64,000 nucleotides of DNA from positions 224,001 to 288,000 of the forward strand of contig CAXXRD010000002.1 in the NCBI GenBank assembly GCA_963663895.2, in the 5' to 3' direction. The notes beneath the pieces are model-generated. The model searched no databases and was not told the DNA's origin. It saw nothing but the letters and a program-made list of their open reading frames with translations. Every line of letters starts with the position of its first letter. Positions within the stretch are counted from its first letter, which is position 1. Shown here piece by piece: positions 20,426-29,898 of the stretch. The translations under genes were made by a program, and so were the position numbers. This stretch comes from Dehalococcoidia bacterium. Its GTDB lineage: Bacteria; Chloroflexota; Dehalococcoidia; Bin125.

Positions 20426-20755
20426 GCTCCGCTCCCTTCGGCAGGACGGCACGATTCGCTACATCGTCTGGACGGTCCGGACCGGCAGCACCGGCGCGGC
20501 CGAACATGAGCATGATATAAGGACCGGTGTCGCGCACGACCATCCACTGGCGTGCGGCTCCGATAAGGTGACACGGAGAGAGTCGTCTCTCGCGCGGCGA
20601 TCGTCCGAACGAGCCACTGCCGTCCATATCCGGCGATAAAGAGAGCGTGCTGCGCGGTGGTGTTCCTGTGCGCAGGGAGCCATCGGGTATGATCGGCTTG
20701 CGGGTCGGAGGAGGCGATCATCCAGCGCACCCACGCCAAGTGAGAGGGAGTACCA

Positions 20756-21505
20756 GTGGATGGCCGAGTCATACATGCGTTGAGTGCGCTGCTCGTGGCG
20801 GCCGCGCTCCTGCCGGCGCTGGCCGCATGTGGGGGAACGGACACAGTGGTGATCGCCACGGTCGGCAATTACCACCCCTTTGACTTCATCAATGAGGAAG
20901 GTGAAATCGACGGCCTGGAGCGGGAATTGGGAGACGAGCTGTGCCGCCGCGCCGATCTGAAGTGTGCGTGGGTCCTGAATGATTGGGAAACGCTGATCCC
21001 CGACCTGATGGCGGAGGAGTTCGATGCCATCCTCGCCGGCATGAGCATCACTGCCGAACGGGAGGAACGGATCGACTTCACAGAGGCGTACTATCCCCCA
21101 ACTCCCTCGGTGTACGTGGCGCAGGCCGGTGCGGGGGACGCAGCCGCCCAAGGCACGATCGGCGCGACGGCCAACACCATCTACTCGGACTATTTCACAG
21201 CATTAGACAGGCCGTTCGTGTCGCTGGATGGCTCGATCGACGCCGTTGACGCCGTGCTCAAGGGAGAGGTAGATGCGGTCCTCGTGGACCACGGCTATGC
21301 CGTAGAGAGACTGGCGGAGTACGAGGGCCAACTGGCCATCGTGGGGCCGTCGGTGACGCTGGACCAGGGTCTCGGCATCGGCGTCCGTAAAGGCAGCGCG
21401 CTCAAGGACGCCTTCGACGCCGCCCTGGCGTCGATGAAGGCGGACGGCACTCTGAACGCGATCCTCCGCACGTGGATAGGGGAGGATGCGGCGACGTTCC
21501 AATAG
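20756..21505 (+). CDS. Polar amino acid ABC transporter substrate-binding lipoprotein
   Basis: LAAC lipobox, YHPFDF, FDAILAGMSITAER..IDFT, DGTL. Confidence 0.9.
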   Translation: MDGRVIHALSALLVAAALLPALAACGGTDTVVIATVGNYHPFDFINEEGEIDGLERELGDELCRRADLKCAWVLNDWETLIPDLMAEEFDAILAGMSITAEREERIDFTEAYYPPTPSVYVAQAGAGDAAAQGTIGATANTIYSDYFTALDRPFVSLDGSIDAVDAVLKGEVDAVLVDHGYAVERLAEYEGQLAIVGPSVTLDQGLGIGVRKGSALKDAFDAALASMKADGTLNAILRTWIGEDAATFQ

Positions 21506-21739
21506 CAACACGGATTCAAGGAGACTGCGAGGAAAGGAGGAATTCTAGAACCCATCGAGCGAGTGGTTGCCAAGCCGCCCGTAGAAATCCTTACCAGCCC
21601 GGATGCAGCGCGGCCTACGGCAGCGCCCAGGTGGCAGCGCGCCACGCCGCCCTCTCGCCAGGGGATGGCATGTTTGCACATCCGTCATAGACCACACGGC
21701 AGGTCCCCTCCTCCACTCCCTTGCCCTGCTCCATTGTGG

Positions 21740-21784
21740 TTCCCAAGCCGAGGGTCGCGGGTTCAATCACCGTCTCCCGCTCCA
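21740..21784 (+). repeat. att-like copy 1 of tRNA-Gly 3' half
   Basis: 41/45 identical to 4543-4587. Confidence 0.9.
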
Positions 21785-21785
21785 A

Positions 21786-21968
21786 CGCCTGCGAGCCAGG
21801 CAGTGATGGTGGCCTGCTCCGCAGCGGTTAGGGTGAGAGGTCCCATCCTTGTTTCACGGCGCGGTGCTGATGCTCATAGCGTACTGCGCCGCCGCCGTGT
21901 CGATAATCCGGGCCGCGATGCCGGTTAACCGATCCGGCGTGCGACTCCCCTGGCTGGCGTTGAACGAT
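21786..21968 (-). pseudogene. Second, diverged fragment of the HNH nuclease remnant
   Basis: Colinear similarity to ~18135-18315 (shared cgccgccgtgtcgataatc, tccggcgtg.gactcccc, gctggcgttgaacgat). Confidence 0.6.
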
Positions 21969-21983
21969 CGAGATGTGCCGCTG

Positions 21984-22289
21984 TTACTCTCCCAGGCTGT
22001 ATCCGGCTCCATCAAGACGCCGTTGAGCTTCAGTCAACTCCTCGCCGGTGAACAAGGCGCTCCACGGATCCCGGAGCGCGAGTGCTTCGACTGAGAGAGC
22101 GAGACGCTCCTCTTCCCACAATCGAACAAATCCGTCCGACAGCTTATCGCCGCTCAGCAAATGCTTGGCTGCGGAGAGGCCGCCCCGGTCCACCACCATC
22201 CTCAGAAAGTAATTCGGATAGTAGTCAAACTCTTTGGCTTCTTCGTAAATCCTCAGCATCTCTTGCTGAAATCTGTCCTCCAGGCTCAT
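21984..22289 (-). CDS. Small hypothetical protein
   Basis: GGAG SD; Y.P.YFLRMV...GG..AAK.L...SDGF..LWE..RL.LSVEAL; lower-GC codon use. Confidence 0.7.
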   Translation of the reverse strand: MSLEDRFQQEMLRIYEEAKEFDYYPNYFLRMVVDRGGLSAAKHLLSGDKLSDGFVRLWEEERLALSVEALALRDPWSALFTGEELTEAQRRLDGAGYSLGE

Positions 22290-22376
22290 TCCACTCCTCA
22301 TCTCTCATCTCGGTTCGGTGCGCCCAGAGCTCAGTGAACGGCCTTCCAGAAATTGATCGCACAATAGGATACTGGC

Positions 22377-23282
22377 TCACCCTCTCGAGTGGCCCCTCCG
22401 CCGGATGAGCAGCCATCCGCCGACGGCCACGACCCCCAAGACGACCCCCGCCGCGACCACCCCTGCCACCACGGCACCGCTAATCCCGCCTGACGGGACG
22501 TCGCTCTGCGACAAGGCGGTGGCTTGCGGCTCCGGTGTCGGCGCCGCCGGTTCTCGCACCGGCGGCGGACTGACCGGTTCGGATTCCTCCGGCGACGCTC
22601 CAGATTCAACCGCGGGAGCAGGCTGGGGAAGGGAGGGTGCTGGCTCTTCCAGGGTCGCTTCGGCCACCAAGAGCACGTCGCCGGGCCGAATGATCGACTC
22701 CAGCGTGAGCTCCGGGTTCAGCGCCAGCAGCTCGGCCGCCGAGAGCCCGTAGCGGTCCGCAATGCCGTAGAGAGTGTCGCCCGGCTCCACCGTGTGCGTC
22801 GCCTCGGGCGCGGGCCGGACGGCCGCGGGCTCTTCCTCGGTCCCTTCGGCCACCATGAGCACGTCTCCGGGCTGAATGATCGACTCCAGCGTGAGCTCCG
22901 GGTTCAGCGCCAGCAGCTCGGCCGCCGAGAGCCCGTAGCGGTTCGCGATGCCGTAGAGAGTGTCGCCCGGCTCGACTGTGTGTTTCCCGTCGGGCGCGGG
23001 CTGGACCAGAGTGACGGGCGCTTGTGACTCGGTCTGCGGCTCTGGTGTCGTGCTGGTTTCCGGCAGGGGTAGCGGTTCCAAGGACGAGCCGCTGTCGCAG
23101 GCACGAATGGGATCGTTCCGGTGATAGAACCCGGCTTCGATCCCGTAGTCCGCGCAGTCCGTGCGGCAGGTATGACACCCGTTGCTGTCCGTAGTACCGG
23201 GATGCGCCTCTGCCGGCAGCGCGTTGAGCAAGCCGCAGGCGAGCAGCAGCACCAGAGCCAGGAGTAGCCCGACGCGAATCAC
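22377..23282 (-). CDS. Surface protein: signal peptide, YHYH-like domain, two LysM domains, C-terminal TM anchor
   Basis: AEAHPGTTDSNGCH...YH; HTVEPGDTLYGIA.RYGLS x2; C-terminal hydrophobic helix + RRR. Confidence 0.85.
   Translation of the reverse strand: MIRVGLLLALVLLLACGLLNALPAEAHPGTTDSNGCHTCRTDCADYGIEAGFYHRNDPIRACDSGSSLEPLPLPETSTTPEPQTESQAPVTLVQPAPDGKHTVEPGDTLYGIANRYGLSAAELLALNPELTLESIIQPGDVLMVAEGTEEEPAAVRPAPEATHTVEPGDTLYGIADRYGLSAAELLALNPELTLESIIRPGDVLLVAEATLEEPAPSLPQPAPAVESGASPEESEPVSPPPVREPAAPTPEPQATALSQSDVPSGGISGAVVAGVVAAGVVLGVVAVGGWLLIRRRGHSRG
22688..22942. repeat. Intragenic LysM duplication, 186-bp period
   Basis: 22688-22756 identical to 22874-22942 (69 bp). Confidence 0.9.
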
Positions 23283-23562
23283 GGCGGCCTTGCCTCCAGC
23301 GTGAGCGAATCGGCACGAGGAGGCGACTGCCTGCGGTCACTCGGTGCCCTCGTGGACTCACCGCTGGCGATGCTACTACTACGGAAGAGTGTGCCCGGAA
23401 GGGACGCCGAGATCGGCCCCGCCAGATCGGTGGTTCTCAGGTTCAGTTGGGGCAGGTTCGCCGGCCGAACCCGCAGGCCGTCGCGCGTCCGCTTCTGTCA
23501 TCCCCCTGCCTACGAGCGGGCCACAAGCGCGCCTTGGCCGCGCAGATCGCGGCGGCGGCGAC

Positions 23563-24357
23563 TCAGTGCAGGAACTCCACCGCCCGCTTCGCGACACGTT
23601 CGAGCTGTTCGAGCTGAGGAACGTGCGCCGCGCCCGCGACGATCGCGGTCGTCGCATGGGGAATCGCGCGTTCGAACTCCTCCGCGTAGACGGGCGGCAC
23701 AAGGCCGTCGCGCTCGCCGAAGAGCGCCAGCGTCGGTGCGGCGATCCGGTGCGCCCGCCGGCGCAGGCCCCGATCGGCGAGGGGCCAGACGAACTTCCCC
23801 GTGCACGCCAACACCCACATGCGCTGGATCAAGGCTTCGTTGCCAGCGTCCTCGTCTTGCGGGACCGCCGCGAAATCCTGGGCGAGCGGCCCGGCGGAGT
23901 CGGCGAAGAGGCGCTTCGGCAGCTCCTCCTCTGAGAGCACCATGTAGTTCGGGATGGGAGCGTCGTCGCGCCACAGGCCCAGCGGTGCGATCAGGACGAG
24001 CTTCGCAACCCGCTCGGGCGCCGTCGCCGCGACCTCGGCTGCGACCATGCCCCCGAACGAGTGTCCCACCAGCCGCGGCGCCGGCAGCGCGAGCGCGTCG
24101 AGCAGCTCGTAGTGATAGAGCACCAAGTCCCACAAGTCGTGCAGCGCCTGAATGCCGTCGGGTGCGCCCGGCGTGGTGCCCGGATGCTCGGGAGCGTAAA
24201 CCGTGAACGACTGGGCCAACCGCTCCAAGAACGGATCCCAGGTCAGACCGTAGGCGCCGTGCAAGAAGACGAGCGGATCGCCCGAGCCGCCGACGAACAC
24301 CCGTGTCTGGATCCGGCCCTGCCGCAGCGACAGCGTGCGCTCCTCGGAGGCCGCCAT
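23563..24357 (-). CDS. Alpha/beta fold hydrolase
   Basis: LVFLHG, GHSFGG nucleophile elbow, D..VP, AHVPQLE. Confidence 0.9.
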   Translation of the reverse strand: MAASEERTLSLRQGRIQTRVFVGGSGDPLVFLHGAYGLTWDPFLERLAQSFTVYAPEHPGTTPGAPDGIQALHDLWDLVLYHYELLDALALPAPRLVGHSFGGMVAAEVAATAPERVAKLVLIAPLGLWRDDAPIPNYMVLSEEELPKRLFADSAGPLAQDFAAVPQDEDAGNEALIQRMWVLACTGKFVWPLADRGLRRRAHRIAAPTLALFGERDGLVPPVYAEEFERAIPHATTAIVAGAAHVPQLEQLERVAKRAVEFLH

Positions 24358-25607
24358 CAGGAGGTCCCGTTCCCGTTCGGGGGCAGCGGGCGCTTGCCGC
24401 GGATGCGCTCCGGCCACCAGTGGTTCGTCCACTCGTCGTCCCAGATATCGCGCACGTGGGGCAACACCTCGCGCGTGAACAGGTCGATGTTCTTCTTGGT
24501 GAGCTCGGGGGGCATCGATCCGATGTGCAGCAGCACCATCAGGTTGCCCACTCGCAGCTTCCGGATCGCCTCCTCAAGCTGTTGACGGACCGATTCGGGA
24601 CCGCCCGCGATCACGAACTGGTTCTCGACGAAGTCGCCATACCCCCACTCGGGCAGCTGCTCGCGCAGGTCGGCCCAGATGTTGCCCTGGGTTCGGACCG
24701 AGTTCGCCAGGCTGCGGTAGTCCTGGAAGCCGGGAGGGTTCGCGAACTCCGGCGCGATGTGCAAGGACTTGTCGTAGAAGTAGCGGATGTGCGGGTAGTA
24801 CTCGCGCTCCGCGTCGGCGTCGGTCTCGCCGACCGCGACCAGCTGCAGGAAGCCGGCGCGGTAGGGGTTGGGGTCGTGGCCGCCGTCCTCGACGAACCGC
24901 CAATACCCGTCCATCACCTGCTTGCCCAGGTTGTTGCCGAAGTACGAGAGGAAGCAGTAGCAGTGGCCGTGCTTGGCGGCAAAGTCCCACGTCGAGAGGC
25001 TGCCGCTGCCCGGCACCCAGATCGGCGGATGGGGCTGCTGGATCGGGCGCGGCCACGGGTTGACCATCGGCAGCTGCGTGTACTTGCCGTTGAACGGGAA
25101 GATCTCCTCGGCCTGCCAGGCCCGCAGGATCAAGTCGTGCGCCTCGTAGTAGCGCTCCCGCTGCTCGACCGGCGGGATGCCGTAGCAGACCCCGTCCATG
25201 GCCGAGCCGAGTGGCATGCCCGCGATCAGGCGCCCCCCCGACATGCAGTCGAGCATGGCGTACTCCTCCGCGACGCGGATCGGCGGGTTGGTCATCGGGA
25301 GCGTCGCCCCCATCTGCACAATGCCGACGTCGCTGCCGTTCGTGGCGCGCGCCAGCACCGAGCCCATGAGGTTGGGGCCGGGCATGAAGCCGTAGGCGTT
25401 CTGATGGTGCTCGTTGACGCAGATGCCGTCGATGCCTGCCTTGGCGGCGTAGATCAGCTCGTCCAGGGTCCAGTTGTAATACCGGCCCACGGTCTCCGCG
25501 TCGGCCAGCTCGCTCCAGGGCGGATCGACCCAGACCGAGTGGTACCGCTTCTCGAAGTCGTCCGGTAGATCACGGTGCGGCATGAGGTGGAACATCGAAA
25601 TCTTCAT
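24357..25607 (-). CDS. LLM class flavin-dependent oxidoreductase
   Basis: NEHHQ, PIRVAEEYAMLD.MSGGR, PRPIQQPHPPIW; GAGGAG SD. Confidence 0.92.
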   Translation of the reverse strand: MKISMFHLMPHRDLPDDFEKRYHSVWVDPPWSELADAETVGRYYNWTLDELIYAAKAGIDGICVNEHHQNAYGFMPGPNLMGSVLARATNGSDVGIVQMGATLPMTNPPIRVAEEYAMLDCMSGGRLIAGMPLGSAMDGVCYGIPPVEQRERYYEAHDLILRAWQAEEIFPFNGKYTQLPMVNPWPRPIQQPHPPIWVPGSGSLSTWDFAAKHGHCYCFLSYFGNNLGKQVMDGYWRFVEDGGHDPNPYRAGFLQLVAVGETDADAEREYYPHIRYFYDKSLHIAPEFANPPGFQDYRSLANSVRTQGNIWADLREQLPEWGYGDFVENQFVIAGGPESVRQQLEEAIRKLRVGNLMVLLHIGSMPPELTKKNIDLFTREVLPHVRDIWDDEWTNHWWPERIRGKRPLPPNGNGTS

Positions 25608-25923
25608 GGCGTCCCTCTCCTCGTGATGCGTGCGTGCGAGGGCGATCGTCGCAGCCGCCGGCCCAAGCGACGCCAGCATATCCGTTCCCGGCGGCCCGCA
25701 GATCCACCGGCTTCCAGAAGGCGCGGCCACGGTCCGCGTCCTGCGATCGCCCCGGCGATGCACTCTTCAGCGCCAGCGCCAGCGCCGGGGCGTTCCTCAT
25801 CGCGGTTTGACCTCCCCCCCCCCCCCGCACGTGGAGCGTTCTCCGCCCGGTGCGCAAGGCGTCCCCTTGGACTCGGGCCATGGGGATCGCCGGCCTGAGG
25901 GCTTTACGAGAGAGATCGCACGG

Positions 25924-26526
25924 CTAGAACGGAGTCAAGAGCGTCTTCGAACTCGGTTCCGGCGCACGATCGAGGGCATGGAACAGCTCCGTGATCGTAC
26001 GCACGACCACGACGCCCTCGCGGGCCCGGCGTGATGTGAAGCCCTGCGCGACCAGATGATCGAGCAGGTCCAACAGAGGTTCCCAATAGCCGTCCCCGTC
26101 GATGACGATGATCGGCTTGTCGTGGAGCCCGATCTGCCTCCAAGTCAAGACCTCGAAGAATTCATCGAGGGTGCCGAAGCCGCCGGGAAGCACGACGAAC
26201 CCGTCGGATCGCTCGAACATCTCCTGCTTGCGCCGGTGCATGGTGTCGGTGACGAGGATCTCCGACCGATCACCGAAGCAGCTCGATTCGGTGGGGAGCA
26301 GCTCGCTGGTCACGAAATGCCTGGGGAGGACGCCGACCACCCTGCCGCCGCCGGCCAGCACCGCGTCGGCCAACGCTGCCATCAGGCCGATGCCGCCACC
26401 GCCATAGACCAGCGTAATGTCGCGCTGCGCCAAGGCCCCGCCTAAACGGCGGGCGGTCTCGGCGTGGCGCTTGTCGCGACCCTTTTGCGAGCCGCAATAG
26501 ACGCAGAGTGCAGTAATGGTCGCGAT
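25924..26526 (-). CDS. LOG family (TIGR00730-type) nucleotide phosphoribohydrolase
   Basis: CVYCGS, LVYGGG.IGLM, PGGFGTLDE; conserved N-terminus starts at an ATC codon 7 nt after AGGAGG. Confidence 0.85.
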   Translation of the reverse strand: MATITALCVYCGSQKGRDKRHAETARRLGGALAQRDITLVYGGGGIGLMAALADAVLAGGGRVVGVLPRHFVTSELLPTESSCFGDRSEILVTDTMHRRKQEMFERSDGFVVLPGGFGTLDEFFEVLTWRQIGLHDKPIIVIDGDGYWEPLLDLLDHLVAQGFTSRRAREGVVVVRTITELFHALDRAPEPSSKTLLTPF

Positions 26527-26715
26527 AGCGCGGCCTCCTTTCAGGCATCCCTGTGCGCGTCCCCCGCCGTGCTGCGATGGCAGCGCGCGCCGCGGCTCCG
26601 GCTTCGGCGCAAAGCCAGAGGCCGGGGATGGTGGCGGGGCGGGCAGGAGCGGCTAGACCGCGATGCCCCGTTTCACGAGGGAGCGGCTCGAACCCAGCAC
26701 GGCTCCTCCCACGCC

Positions 26716-27132
26716 TTAGATGGCGTCCGGTTCGCGCCAGAGCTTGAGCGCCATCTCGACCGCGAGGATCGGCATCCCAATATCGATGACCACCCAGAGG
26801 AAGGCGACGGGACCGAACTCGCCGCCCCAGCTATCCGCGAACCAGTTGCTCAGGAACCCAAGGAGCAGGGCGACGGCGAAGTAGAAACGGCCGTTCGCAA
26901 CAAGCCAGTCCCTGGTGGCGGCACCCTCGGCGAGGGCTCGCTTGCCCGCGAAGGTGACGAGCACCAGGAGGATGGCGGCGATCGCCATGAACCAGTTGAG
27001 CACCTCCCACACGTCATGGGCGCCCTCGGCATCTCCTTGGCCCGCGTAGAGGGGAGCGATAACGAAATAGGCCCCGACCGCCACCCCCACCAGCAGCAGA
27101 TAGACGGCGACGAGGCGGTGCAGTCCTGCCAT
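26716..27132 (-). CDS. Hypothetical 4-TM membrane protein (paralog of 32742-33173)
   Basis: M.GLHR..A, VWEV.NWFMA motif shared with the paralog. Confidence 0.75.
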   Translation of the reverse strand: MAGLHRLVAVYLLLVGVAVGAYFVIAPLYAGQGDAEGAHDVWEVLNWFMAIAAILLVLVTFAGKRALAEGAATRDWLVANGRFYFAVALLLGFLSNWFADSWGGEFGPVAFLWVVIDIGMPILAVEMALKLWREPDAI

Positions 27133-27350
27133 GCGGTCTCCTCCTTGCCCGAGAGGCGAAACGCTCGCCTCTCATCAGAAGCGCCGACCGAGAACGGCGA
27201 ACAGGATGAATGAAATACGACGGCGGTTCAATGGAGATGAACCGAGCGTCGGAATCGGCGGTTTCTGGAGGGTGATCGGGGGCAGGGGCTTGGCTTCCCC
27301 TCGAGCCGGCTCGCGTTCGCCGACGTCGCGCCGGGAGCCTCAGTCCCTGC

Positions 27351-28010
27351 CTACCGCGCTTGTTGCTCCAGCACTCCAACGGAGCAGCCGACGCCGGTGC
27401 CGCCGATGCCACAGTAACCGTGGGGATTCTTCGCCAGGTACTGCTGGTGGTAGTGCTCCCCGTAGTAGAACTCGGGCGCATTCAGAATCTCGGTCGTGAC
27501 CGGGCCGTAGCCGGCGGCGGTCAGCGCCTCCTGATAGTCGGCGCGGCTCTGCTCGGCGGCCGCGCGCTGCGCCGCGCTGTAGACGTAGATGCCGGAGCGG
27601 TACTGCGTCCCGACGTCGTTGCCCTGCCGCATGCCCTGCGTCGGGTCGTGCCCCTCCCAGAAGGTGCGAAGCAGCTCGGCGTAGCTGATCTCCGCGGGGT
27701 CGAAGAGGACGCGCACGACCTCGTTGTGGCCGGTGCGAGAGCTACAAACCTCCTCGTAGGTGGGATTCGGGGTGAGCCCCCCGGCGTACCCGACAGCGGT
27801 GGTGTAAACGCCAGGGAGCTGCCAGAACAGGCGCTCCGCACCCCAGAAGCAGCCCATCCCGAAGAGCGCGCGCTCCATGCCCTCCGGGAACGGCTCAGCG
27901 AGCGGACGGCCGTGGACATCGTGCTGCGCCGGGACGGGCATACGCTCGGCGCGGCCCGGCAGAGCCTCGGTCGCCGTCGGCAGTTCGAGCTTCTTGGAGA
28001 ACCAGGACAT
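27351..28010 (-). CDS. msrA: Peptide-methionine (S)-S-oxide reductase
   Basis: [37 protein letters not shown]. Confidence 0.95.
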   Translation of the reverse strand: MSWFSKKLELPTATEALPGRAERMPVPAQHDVHGRPLAEPFPEGMERALFGMGCFWGAERLFWQLPGVYTTAVGYAGGLTPNPTYEEVCSSRTGHNEVVRVLFDPAEISYAELLRTFWEGHDPTQGMRQGNDVGTQYRSGIYVYSAAQRAAAEQSRADYQEALTAAGYGPVTTEILNAPEFYYGEHYHQQYLAKNPHGYCGIGGTGVGCSVGVLEQQAR

Positions 28011-28122
28011 CGTCGCGCCTCTCGCTATACGCGTGCGGTGCCAATCGCGACCCGTGAGCGCTTCCACGCCGGGCAGCCCGCTTCCGCCCTTCCATGCTAC
28101 GCGTTCCGTCGCAAACCGCGCA

Positions 28123-28365
28123 TTACATGAAAGCCTGCCGATGCAGCGCGACCGGACCATCCCGGTGCGGAGGAGCTGGCGACAGGCGAGTGTCCTGCGA
28201 ATGTTCCGCCGGGGGCCGTGACCCAGGTGATCCGGGGAGCGAGCGTGCACGGACTGCGCGGAACGCTTCCTGTAGCGCTCCCGGTGCGACTTTCAGCAGG
28301 TCGACGACAAGGGAGTCGTCACACAGCGCCCAACGGAGTTCGTCCTTCGACCGACCGAGATCCAC
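28123..28365 (-). CDS. Possible small hypothetical protein
   Basis: GAGGAGG SD upstream of GTG; no family recognised. Confidence 0.3.
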   Translation of the reverse strand: MDLGRSKDELRWALCDDSLVVDLLKVAPGALQEAFRAVRARSLPGSPGSRPPAEHSQDTRLSPAPPHRDGPVALHRQAFM

Positions 28366-28579
28366 CTTGTGTCCTCCTCGCGAGCGTCATCAACGCCCCT
28401 CATGCCAACGAACGCGAAGAACAACCCACTTCGCCCGTGGACCGGGAATGAACATCTCAACAGCATTGGAGCGCGAACTTTGGGGAATTATGTACCCGTT
28501 GACCCACCTTTGAACCGTCGCGCCTCTCGCTATGTGTGGGCTGCGGCACGATCGACCGGCAGGTCCATCCCGATCGGCA

Positions 28580-29806
28580 TTATGCGATCACCCCGTCAAT
28601 CATCATCTGCGCGATCCGTTCGTCGTCGTAGCCCAGTCGCTCCTTCAGCACCTCGCTCGTGTGCTCGCCCAGCTCCGGCGCCGGCCGCTCAATGGTGGTC
28701 GGATGATTGCGAAACGCGACCGGGTGACTCGGCAACAGCTTCCGGCCCAGCGTCGGGTGCTCGTACTCCGTCAGGTAGCCGTTTGCGATCACCGCCGGGT
28801 CGTTGGGCAGGTCACGGATGTGCTGCACCGGGTCGAAGATCAGGTCGGGCTCGGTCGACAGCCGCTCCAGCCAGACCGACCGCGGCTCCTCCTCGAACCG
28901 CTTCTGCAGCTCGACGATCAACGCGCGCCGCTCCGCGAAGCGTCCCTCCGCGATGGCAAAGCGCGGATCGTCCAGCAGCCCCGGCAGATCCAGTGCCCGG
29001 CAGACCGAGGGAAAGTCCCGCTCGATGTTCACGCAGGCGATGAAGATCCACTCCCCATCCCCGCAGCGGTACTGGTTGAACAGCGGATTGGCCGCATCGT
29101 GGCGGTCGAAGCGCGGCCACTCCGCTATTCCCTGCAGCATGCTCGCCGCCACCGCCCAGTACGAGAGCCAGATCGACCCCATCATGTGCGATACCTCCAC
29201 CTTCTCCCCAATCCCCGTGCGATCCCGCGCCGCCAGCGCCGCCACCACCCCGTAGGCCAGCATGTTCGCCCCCATAGAATCCGCCAGCGCCAGGCTGTGC
29301 CAGTTCGGCCCGTCCTGCGGACCCCCGTGCGTCCACATCAACCCCGACCGCGCCTGCCCCACCGGATCCAGCGCTGGCCGCCCCGCGTCCGGCCCCGCGA
29401 ACCCGTGCCCGGACGCCGATGCATAGATCAGCTTGGGGTGAATCTCCTTCAGCCGCTCGTAGCCGACGCCGAGCCGATCGAGCGCTCCCGGCCGAAAGTT
29501 CTCCAGCACGACATCCGCGTCGCGCACGAGCTCCAGCAGCACCGCTTTCCCCGCTTCCGTGGACAGGTCCAGCGCCATGCCTCGCTTGTTGCGGTTCATC
29601 GCCTCGAACATCAACGACCGCCCGTCCTCCAGGGTCATGTCGAACCCCGCGTTCGATAGGAGATTCCGGCCGCTGTCCGGCCGCCGTGGATTCTCGATCT
29701 TCACCACGTCCGCCCCCAGGTCGCCCAGCATCGCGCCCGCCAGCGGACCCAGCATCCACAGCGTCAGCTCAATCACCTTCACACCGGCCAGCGGTCCCTC
29801 GCTCAT
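28580..29806 (-). CDS. Class III CoA-transferase (CaiB/BaiF)
   Basis: PLAGVKVIEL...GP..LGDLGADVVKIE, NRNKR, ENFRPG, APELGEHT. Confidence 0.92.
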   Translation of the reverse strand: MSEGPLAGVKVIELTLWMLGPLAGAMLGDLGADVVKIENPRRPDSGRNLLSNAGFDMTLEDGRSLMFEAMNRNKRGMALDLSTEAGKAVLLELVRDADVVLENFRPGALDRLGVGYERLKEIHPKLIYASASGHGFAGPDAGRPALDPVGQARSGLMWTHGGPQDGPNWHSLALADSMGANMLAYGVVAALAARDRTGIGEKVEVSHMMGSIWLSYWAVAASMLQGIAEWPRFDRHDAANPLFNQYRCGDGEWIFIACVNIERDFPSVCRALDLPGLLDDPRFAIAEGRFAERRALIVELQKRFEEEPRSVWLERLSTEPDLIFDPVQHIRDLPNDPAVIANGYLTEYEHPTLGRKLLPSHPVAFRNHPTTIERPAPELGEHTSEVLKERLGYDDERIAQMMIDGVIA

Positions 29807-29898
29807 CGAACCCTCCCGATCCGTCCGACGCCCGATCCACCCAGAAAACCGTCGCCGATTCTAGGGGCCGCCCCGGCCGCGACGATAGACTGCCCGCC

